Below, one piece after another: positions 1 through 4,906 of a DNA stretch of 4,906 bases. The translations under genes and the position numbers were made by a program. The notes beneath the pieces are model-generated. The model had not been told where the DNA came from. It worked only from the letters and a program-made list of their open reading frames with translations, and ran no database searches. How positions within the stretch are numbered: position 1 is the stretch's first letter; each line of letters begins with the position of its first letter. The DNA lies in IMG/VR virus record IMGVR_UViG_2657245112_000028. One strand, written 5' to 3'. The stretch comes from a virus. Lineage: Duplodnaviria; Heunggongvirae; Uroviricota; Caudoviricetes.

Positions 1-38
1 TATAAATTCTGATTAGCCAGGTAACACAGTGTTATGAC

Positions 39-66
39 AGCCCGCCGGTTCAGGCGGGCTTTTTTG
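39..66 (+). terminator. Rho-independent terminator ending the upstream gene
   Basis: GC-rich inverted repeat agcccgcc (39-46) / ggcgggct (53-60) with a 6-nt loop, immediately followed by a T-run (61-65). Sits just upstream of the stf ribosome-binding site. Confidence 0.75.
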
Positions 67-76
67 TGGGGTGAAT

Positions 77-3037
77 ATGGCAGTAAAGATTTCAGGTGTA
101 CTGAAAGACGGCACAGGAAAACCGGTACAGAACTGCACAATCCAGCTGAAAGCAAAACGTAACAGTACCACGGTGGTGGTGAACACGCTGGCCTCAGAAA
201 ATCCGGATGAAGCCGGGCGTTACAGCATGGACGTTGAGTACGGTCAGTACAGCGTTATTCTGTTGGTGGAAGGCTTCCCGCCGTCACATGCCAGGACCAT
301 CACCGTGTATGAAGATTCCCGACCCGGTACGCTGAATGATTTTCTCGGTGCCATGACGGAGGATGATGCCCGTCCTGAGGCACTGCGCCGTTTTGAACTG
401 ATGGTGGAAGAGGTGGCGCGTAACGCGTCCGCGGTGGCACAGAACACGGCAGCCGCGAAGAAGTCAGCCAGCGATGCCAGCACATCAGCCCGTGAGGCGG
501 CAACCCATGCGACTGATGCTGCAGGCTCAGCACGCGCAGCCAGCACGTCAGCCGGACAGGCCGCGTCGTCGGCTCAGTCAGCGTCTTCCAGCGCAGGAAC
601 GGCATCAACAAAGGCCACTGAAGCATCAAAAAGTGCTGCCGCTGCAGAGTCCTCAAAAAGCGCGGCGGCCACCAGTGCCGCTGCGGCGAAAACGTCAGAA
701 ACGAATGCGGCAGCGTCACAACAATCAGCAGCCACTTCTGCATCCACCGCGACCACGAAAGCGTCAGAAGCTGCCACCTCAGCCCGGGATGCGTCGGCTT
801 CAAAAGAAGCGGCAAAATCATCAGAAACGAACGCATCATCAAGCGCCAGTAGTGCCGCTTCCTCGGCAACGGCGGCAGGAAATTCCGCGAAGGCGGCAAA
901 AACGTCCGAGACGAACGCTAAGTCTTCTGAGACGGCAGCGGGACAGAGCGCCTCAGCTGCGGCAGGCTCAAAAACAGCGGCTGCGTCGTCTGCCAGTGCC
1001 GCGTCAACAAGTGCCGGGCAGGCCTCAGCCAGTGCCACCGCCGCCGGAAAATCGGCAGAAAGCGCCGCATCATCCGCTTCAACAGCCACAACGAAGGCTG
1101 GCGAAGCCACTGAACAGGCCAGCGCAGCAGCGAGTTCTGCTTCCGCAGCGAAGACATCCGAAACGAACGCGAAAGCGTCGGAAACCAGCGCAGAATCCTC
1201 AAAAACGGCTGCCGCATCGTCAGCCAGTTCGGCGGCGTCATCGGCATCATCGGCGTCTGCTTCAAAAGATGAGGCGACCAGACAGGCGTCAGCAGCGAAG
1301 AGCAGCGCCACGACGGCATCCACGAAGGCGACAGAGGCAGCTGGCAGTGCGACGGCGGCAGCTCAGAGCAAAAGTACGGCGGAATCCGCGGCAACGCGCG
1401 CCGAGACAGCAGCTAAACGGGCAGAGGATATTGCATCCGCCGTGGCGCTTGAGGATGCGAGCACGACGAAAAAGGGGATAGTACAGCTCAGCAGTGCGAC
1501 TAACAGCACTTCCGAGTCACTGGCGGCAACGCCAAAAGCCGTTAAGGCCGCGTATGACCTGGCTAACGGGAAATACACCGCACAGGATGCAACGACAGCA
1601 CAGAAAGGGATCGTTCAGCTCAGCAGCGCGACCAACAGCACATCTGAAATGCTGGCGGCAACGCCAAAGTCGGTAAAGGCAGCCTATGACCTTGCTAACG
1701 GGAAATATACCGCTCAGGACGCTACGACAGCACAAAAAGGAATTGTCCAGCTCAGTAGTGCAACCAACAGCGCATCTGAAACGCTTGCCGAGACACCGAA
1801 AGCAGTGAAAGCAGCTAATGATAATGCGAATGGTCGGGTACCTTCTGCCCGTAAGGTGAATGGTAAGGCGCTTTCAGCGGATATAACACTGACGCCGAAA
1901 GATATTGGTACGCTTAACTCAACAACAATGTCATTCAGCGGTGGTGCTGGTTGGTTCAAATTAGCAACGGTAACCATGCCACAGGCGAGTTCTGTTGTTT
2001 CAATTACGTTGATTGGTGGCGCGGGATTTAACGTGGGGTCACCTCAACAGGCAGGTATATCTGAACTTGTTTTGCGTGCAGGTAATGGTAATCCGAAGGG
2101 GATTACTGGTGCTTTATGGCAGCGCACATCGACAGGGTTTACAAATTTTGCCTGGGTCAATACATCTGGTGATACTTACGATATTTACGTTGCAATCGGA
2201 AATTATGCGACTGGTGTAAATATTCAATGGGATTATACCAGTAATGCCAGCGTGACGATTCATACGTCACCAGCATATTCTGCTAATAAGCCGGAAGGGT
2301 TAACGGACGGTACAGTTTATTCACTCTATACGCCATCAGAGCAGTTTTATCCGCCTGGCGCACCAATCCCGTGGCCATCAGATACCGTTCCGTCTGGCTA
2401 TGCCCTGATGCAGGGGCAGACTTTTGACAAATCTGCATACCCGAAACTTGCAGCCGCTTATCCGTCAGGCGTGATCCCTGATATGCGTGGCTGGACGATT
2501 AAGGGCAAACCCGCCAGTGGTCGTGCCGTATTGTCTCAGGAACAGGACGGCATTAAATCGCACACCCACAGCGCCAGCGCATCCAGTACGGATTTGGGGA
2601 CGAAAACCACATCGTCGTTTGATTACGGCACTAAATCCACGAATAACACCGGGGCTCATACGCACAGTCTGAGCGGCTCTACAAGCTCGGCCGGAGCACA
2701 CTCGCACGTTGATGGTCGCAGGTTTAATACAAGCACTTTTAAAGACACCTATCAGTATGGTTCTACAGCTGTCGGAAGTAACTCATACCAGGTACAAGGG
2801 GCGGTTGGTCTGGGCATTGGCACGATGGCGAATACGAACTCTGCTGGCGCGCATACCCACTCACTGTCCGGCACTGCTGCAAGCGCAGGTGCACACGCAC
2901 ATACTGTCGGTATTGGTGCTCATACGCACTCCGTTGCGATTGGCTCACATGGACACACCATCACCGTTAACGCTGCTGGTAACGCGGAAAACACCGTCAA
3001 AAACATCGCATTTAACTATATTGTGAGGCTTGCATAA
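77..3037 (+). CDS. stf: Side tail fibre protein (lambda Stf family), 986 aa from ATG 77 (ORF track opens at GTG 71)
   Basis: N-terminus [20 protein letters not shown]... matches the lambda/lambdoid Stf N-terminus as I recall it. Purine-rich SD-like gtggggtg lies upstream of ATG 77. Architecture is N-terminal attachment domain, A/S/T-rich shaft, three tandem 44-aa fibre repeats, then a His-x-His-rich C-terminal tip. Stop TAA at 3035-3037 overlaps the tfa start (TAATG). Confidence 0.92.
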   Translation: MAVKISGVLKDGTGKPVQNCTIQLKAKRNSTTVVVNTLASENPDEAGRYSMDVEYGQYSVILLVEGFPPSHARTITVYEDSRPGTLNDFLGAMTEDDARPEALRRFELMVEEVARNASAVAQNTAAAKKSASDASTSAREAATHATDAAGSARAASTSAGQAASSAQSASSSAGTASTKATEASKSAAAAESSKSAAATSAAAAKTSETNAAASQQSAATSASTATTKASEAATSARDASASKEAAKSSETNASSSASSAASSATAAGNSAKAAKTSETNAKSSETAAGQSASAAAGSKTAAASSASAASTSAGQASASATAAGKSAESAASSASTATTKAGEATEQASAAASSASAAKTSETNAKASETSAESSKTAAASSASSAASSASSASASKDEATRQASAAKSSATTASTKATEAAGSATAAAQSKSTAESAATRAETAAKRAEDIASAVALEDASTTKKGIVQLSSATNSTSESLAATPKAVKAAYDLANGKYTAQDATTAQKGIVQLSSATNSTSEMLAATPKSVKAAYDLANGKYTAQDATTAQKGIVQLSSATNSASETLAETPKAVKAANDNANGRVPSARKVNGKALSADITLTPKDIGTLNSTTMSFSGGAGWFKLATVTMPQASSVVSITLIGGAGFNVGSPQQAGISELVLRAGNGNPKGITGALWQRTSTGFTNFAWVNTSGDTYDIYVAIGNYATGVNIQWDYTSNASVTIHTSPAYSANKPEGLTDGTVYSLYTPSEQFYPPGAPIPWPSDTVPSGYALMQGQTFDKSAYPKLAAAYPSGVIPDMRGWTIKGKPASGRAVLSQEQDGIKSHTHSASASSTDLGTKTTSSFDYGTKSTNNTGAHTHSLSGSTSSAGAHSHVDGRRFNTSTFKDTYQYGSTAVGSNSYQVQGAVGLGIGTMANTNSAGAHTHSLSGTAASAGAHAHTVGIGAHTHSVAIGSHGHTITVNAAGNAENTVKNIAFNYIVRLA
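422..1440 (+). repeat. Low-complexity Ala/Ser/Thr-rich shaft region of stf with recurring K(T/S)SETNA quasi-repeats
   Basis: About 340 codons dominated by A/S/T. The motif (A)KTSETNA(K/A)(S/A)S recurs at about 691-720, 826-850, 898-930 and 1150-1180. The GC-rich codon bias produces long spurious ORFs in other frames. Confidence 0.7.
1469..1820 (+). repeat. Three tandem in-frame 132-bp (44-aa) phage tail fibre repeats inside stf
   Basis: [12 protein letters not shown](T/A)SE(S/M/T)LA(A/E)TPK(A/S)[21 protein letters not shown] occurs three times. The K-G codons sit at 1472, 1604 and 1736, giving an exact 132-bp period. The third copy diverges after AVKAA. Resembles the 'phage tail fibre repeat' family (from memory). 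Confidence 0.85.
2561..2956 (+). other. His-x-His motif cluster (7 motifs) in the stf C-terminal tip, a putative metal-binding needle domain
   Basis: HTH 2561-2569, HTH 2657-2665, HSH 2699-2707, HTH 2852-2860, HAH 2894-2902, HTH 2921-2929, HGH 2948-2956, mostly within G-A-H-T-H-S contexts. Confidence 0.6.
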
Positions 3038-3450
3038 TGGCATTCAGAATGAGTGAACAAGCACGGACCATAAAAATTTATAATCTGCTGGCCGGAACTA
3101 ATGAATTTATTGGTGAAGGTGATGCATATATTCCGCCTCATACAGGTCTGCCAGCAAACAGTACCGATATTGCACCACCAGATATTCCTGCTGGCTTTGT
3201 GGCTGTTTTCAACAGTGATGAGGCATCGTGGCATCTCGTTGAAGACCATCGGGGTAAAACGGTTTATGACGTAGCGTCAGGGGACGCGTTATTTATTTCT
3301 GAACTCGGTCCGTTACCGGAAAATGTTACCTGGTTATCGCCGGAAGGGGAGTTTCAGAAGTGGAACGGCACAGCCTGGGTGAAAGATGCAGAAGCAGAAA
3401 AACTGTTCCGGATCCGAGAGGCGGAAGAAATAAAAAACAGCCTGATGTAG
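3037..3450 (+). CDS. tfa: Tail fibre assembly protein Tfa, N-terminal 137 aa, ended by an in-frame amber (TAG) codon
   Basis: [93 protein letters not shown]... is near-identical to lambda-type Tfa as I recall it. The start ATG overlaps the stf stop (translational coupling). TAG at 3448-3450 falls where lambda-type Tfa has CAG (Gln). Confidence 0.85.
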   Translation: MAFRMSEQARTIKIYNLLAGTNEFIGEGDAYIPPHTGLPANSTDIAPPDIPAGFVAVFNSDEASWHLVEDHRGKTVYDVASGDALFISELGPLPENVTWLSPEGEFQKWNGTAWVKDAEAEKLFRIREAEEIKNSLM

Positions 3451-3621
3451 GTAGCCAGTGAGCATATTGCGCCACTTCAGGATGCTGTAGATCTGGAAAT
3501 CGCAACGGAGGAAGAAACCTCATTGCTGGAAGCCTGGAAAAAGTATCGGGTGTTGCTGAACCGTGTTGATACATCAACTGCACCTGATATTGAGTGGCCT
3601 ACGAACCCTGTCAGGGAGTAA
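3451..3621 (+). pseudogene. tfa: In-frame 3' remainder of tfa downstream of the amber codon, encoding the conserved Tfa C-terminal domain
   Basis: Same frame as 3037-3450, open for 56 codons to TAA at 3619-3621. Encodes [56 protein letters not shown], the conserved C-terminal region of Tfa proteins. No plausible internal restart codon with an RBS. Confidence 0.7.
3456..3576 (+). repeat. Direct repeat copy A (tfa 3' segment), about 89% identical to 4505-4625
   Basis: Ungapped alignment of 3456-3576 with 4505-4625 (offset 1049 bp) gives about 13 mismatches in 121 bp, with an identical ~40-bp core (caggatgctgtagatctggaaatcgcaacggaggaagaaa). Confidence 0.9.
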
Positions 3622-3635
3622 TCATTGGGATTATG

Positions 3636-3684
3636 CCGCAGCACGTCTTAAGCAAGAACGTGCTGCGGTTGGATGCTATTTTTT
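3636..3684. terminator. Stem-loop between convergent tfa (+) and methyltransferase (-) genes; possible bidirectional terminator
   Basis: Perfect 10-bp inverted repeat ccgcagcacg (3636-3645) / cgtgctgcgg (3659-3668) with a 13-nt loop. On the + strand a T-run (3679-3684) follows after a 10-nt gap. The arms are flanked by A-rich sequence on the minus strand. Confidence 0.45.
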
Positions 3685-4344
3685 CCCTGAAGCGGAAAAC
3701 ATTACTACAGTACCTTGAACCTTGGTTTTAACATTCTCGAAATGCTCTGAGAGTATATGTGTTAAGCCTTCTTCGGAATCTTTTGTGTTTGAAAAGATGC
3801 CTTTCTGATTGTAAATGCGCATCAGTTTTTGACCGAAGCTATTGTGCACAACTCCATCGCCAAGAATTGTGGCTCCGTATAGAGTTCCATCGTCAGTTAA
3901 GGCCTGCGCCGCATTGCGTATTACACAGCTTTTTGTAGATATATTTCCAGGCAGGCAGTGAAGAAGGTAAAACATGGAAATGGAATCAAATTGACCATGT
4001 AACGCCGCGGGATAAGGTTCAAAAACATCATGGCTAATTTTATGTTTAATTTTTGATTCCCCAGCCCTTGTAGATGCCGCGTTCAGGCTAGCTTCGTTCA
4101 AATCCATTAAAGATATCAGACTACTCTCAGGTACGTGAGTAAGGTAAAACCCAGTTCCAACACCAATATCCAGATGGTTGTTACCTAAATGTTCCAGAAA
4201 GTGTGGAAGAAGGTGTTCCTTTGTAGGACATCCCCATGCAAGCCGATTTGATACTCCCAAAACCCACCAGTCATAAAGCTTTAGGGTAAGTGGTGTGTAA
4301 ATTTTAGCCCCATCATCTGTGTTTTTTTTCATTAATTTCACCAT
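3676..4344 (-). CDS. Class I SAM-dependent methyltransferase-like protein (222 aa; possibly 218 aa from the ATG at 4330-4332)
   Basis: Rossmann methyltransferase motifs in canonical order: motif I HLDIGVGTG (aa 57-65); acidic post-I residue in LMDLNE about 17 aa later; motif II-like FDSISMFYLLHCLP; motif III-like LTDDGTLYG. Lies in a visibly AT-rich island, convergent with tfa. A GGTGA SD-like element sits 5 nt upstream of the second ATG (M5). Confidence 0.65.
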   Translation of the reverse strand: MVKLMKKNTDDGAKIYTPLTLKLYDWWVLGVSNRLAWGCPTKEHLLPHFLEHLGNNHLDIGVGTGFYLTHVPESSLISLMDLNEASLNAASTRAGESKIKHKISHDVFEPYPAALHGQFDSISMFYLLHCLPGNISTKSCVIRNAAQALTDDGTLYGATILGDGVVHNSFGQKLMRIYNQKGIFSNTKDSEEGLTHILSEHFENVKTKVQGTVVMFSASGKK

Positions 4345-4400
4345 GTTATAGTTTTATTTGTGAATTAAATCAATTATGGCGATGAATTACAAGGGGTTAA
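4345..4400. promoter_or_regulatory. AT-rich divergent intergenic region, likely holding promoter(s) for the methyltransferase (-) and tfa-like ORF (+); includes the AAGGGG RBS for ORF 4401
   Basis: 56 bp of very AT-rich sequence between divergently oriented ORFs. AAGGGG at 4391-4396 lies 4 nt upstream of ATG 4401. No -35/-10 pair could be assigned with confidence. Confidence 0.3.
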
Positions 4401-4733
4401 ATGCTGCCGCAGCATAGCGATATTGAAATAGCCTGGTATGCTTCGATACAACAGGAGCCGAATGGCTGGAAGACCGTCACCACACAGTTCTACATCCAGG
4501 AATTCAGTGAGTATATTGCGCCACTGCAGGATGCTGTAGATCTGGAAATCGCAACGGAGGAAGAAAGATCGTTGCTGGAGGCATGGAATAAATATCGGGT
4601 ATTGTTGAATCGAGTTGATACATCAGTAGCTCTGGGTATGAAGCTGTTTGTAACTCATGTTACAGTAACAGTCATTACTATCTCGAAGGTGCAAAATGCT
4701 GAGAGATCCCCTCATAATTTCCCCAAAGCGTAA
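4401..4733 (+). CDS. Tfa-like remnant/chimeric ORF (110 aa): 5'-truncated divergent tail fibre assembly gene with an unrelated C-terminal tail
   Basis: Residues 37-75 ([38 protein letters not shown]) repeat the Tfa C-terminal domain seen at 3466-3576. An in-frame TAA lies immediately upstream of the ATG, so the N-terminal part of any ancestral gene is missing. After RVDTS the sequence diverges from the TAPDIEWP ending. Has a good RBS. Confidence 0.45.
   Translation: MLPQHSDIEIAWYASIQQEPNGWKTVTTQFYIQEFSEYIAPLQDAVDLEIATEEERSLLEAWNKYRVLLNRVDTSVALGMKLFVTHVTVTVITISKVQNAERSPHNFPKA
4505..4625 (+). repeat. Direct repeat copy B (tfa-like 3' segment), partner of 3456-3576
   Basis: See copy A. Same orientation (direct, not inverted). 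The two copies bracket the methyltransferase island. Confidence 0.9.
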
Positions 4734-4906
4734 CCATGTGTGAATAAATTTTGAGCTAGTAGGGTTGCAGCCACGAGTAAGTCTTCCCTTGTTATTGTGT
4801 AGCCAGAATGCCGCAAAACTTCCATGCCTAAGCGAACTGTTGAGAGTACGTTTCGATTTCTGACTGTGTTAGCCTGGAAGTGCTTGTCCCAACCTTGTTT
4901 CTGAGC
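4712..4906 (-). CDS. Possible 3' end of an unidentified minus-strand gene running off the window (C-terminal 64 aa: ...[44 protein letters not shown])
   Basis: Minus-strand frame is open for 64 codons from the window edge to a TGA (complement of 4712-4714), while all + frames here are full of stops. No recognisable family, and the start is outside the window. Confidence 0.3.
   Translation of the reverse strand, partial: AQKQGWDKHFQANTVRNRNVLSTVRLGMEVLRHSGYTITREDLLVAATLLAQNLFTHGYALGKL

Noticed and set aside
71-76. GTG at 71 as the stf start (as in the ORF track).
   Set aside because: ATG at 77 gives the canonical MAVKISGV... N-terminus of lambda-type Stf and sits behind the SD-like gtgggg. 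The GTG start would add two residues (MN) with no support.
244-1481. Long ORFs in other frames over the stf shaft: 474-1481 (+, Arg/Pro/Gln-rich), 574-1323 (-, Ala/Asp-rich), 300-899 (-), 244-546 (-) and 918-1394 (-).
   Set aside because: They lie entirely inside stf, which has strong lambda Stf homology in its own frame. They are extremely low-complexity and are the expected artefact of GC-rich, A/S/T-codon-biased repetitive sequence. None has a start context.
1469-1820. A CRISPR array or other non-coding tandem repeat.
   Set aside because: The 132-bp units are in frame within stf, encode a known fibre repeat motif, and have no unique spacers between them.
1363-3026. Short internal ORFs 1363-1578 (-), 1494-1676 (+), 1517-1735 (-), 1714-1977 (-), 2013-2219 (+), 2465-2707 (-), 2487-2672 (+), 2709-3026 (+) and 2763-2948 (-).
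   Set aside because: All are embedded in the stf coding frame, with no RBS and no recognisable motifs. Treated as chance ORFs.
3016-3583. Minus-strand ORFs 3016-3249 and 3326-3583 opposite tfa.
   Set aside because: They overlap the well-supported tfa frame, whose product is recognisably Tfa, and have no independent support.
3676-4344. The methyltransferase as the DNA methyltransferase of a restriction-modification system.
   Set aside because: No (D/N/S)PP(Y/F/W) or PCQ catalytic motif and no target-recognition domain. At 222 aa it is small, and no adjacent endonuclease ORF exists. A DNA methyltransferase cannot be fully excluded without a profile search.
3456-4625. A Gin/Cin/Pin-type invertible tail-fibre segment (as in Mu G, P1 C or e14 P regions).
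   Set aside because: The two tfa 3' repeats are in direct, not inverted, orientation. No serine invertase gene or crossover-site inverted repeat is recognisable in the window. The downstream partial ORF does not resemble a Pin/Gin-family C-terminus as I recall it.
4625-4906. An insertion-sequence end or transposase remnant at the right edge.
   Set aside because: Only a vague resemblance to IS-like terminal sequence. No convincing terminal inverted repeat or target-site duplication, and the partial ORF has no recognisable transposase motif. Too weak to call.

Overview
This window is the side-tail-fibre end of a lambdoid (lambda-like) prophage or phage late operon, followed by a mosaic accessory region. 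From 5' to 3' it contains: a rho-independent terminator (39-66); a complete side tail fibre gene stf (77-3037, +) with a long Ala/Ser/Thr-rich shaft, three tandem 44-aa fibre repeats and a C-terminal tip carrying seven His-x-His motifs; a tail fibre assembly gene tfa (from 3037, +) whose frame is cut by an in-frame amber codon at 3448-3450, although the conserved C-terminal domain continues in frame to 3621; a convergent stem-loop (3636-3668); an AT-rich island carrying a minus-strand gene for a class I SAM-dependent methyltransferase-like protein (3676-4344); and a second, 5'-truncated tfa-like ORF (4401-4733, +). The methyltransferase island is bracketed by ~121-bp direct repeats of the tfa 3' segment (3456-3576 and 4505-4625). 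A possible unidentified partial minus-strand ORF runs off the right edge (4712-4906). The most interesting candidate is the methyltransferase cargo gene inserted at the tfa 3' recombination hotspot; its substrate and role cannot be determined from sequence alone. All calls rest on reading the sequence and on recalled knowledge of lambda Stf/Tfa and T4 gp37; no database search was run.
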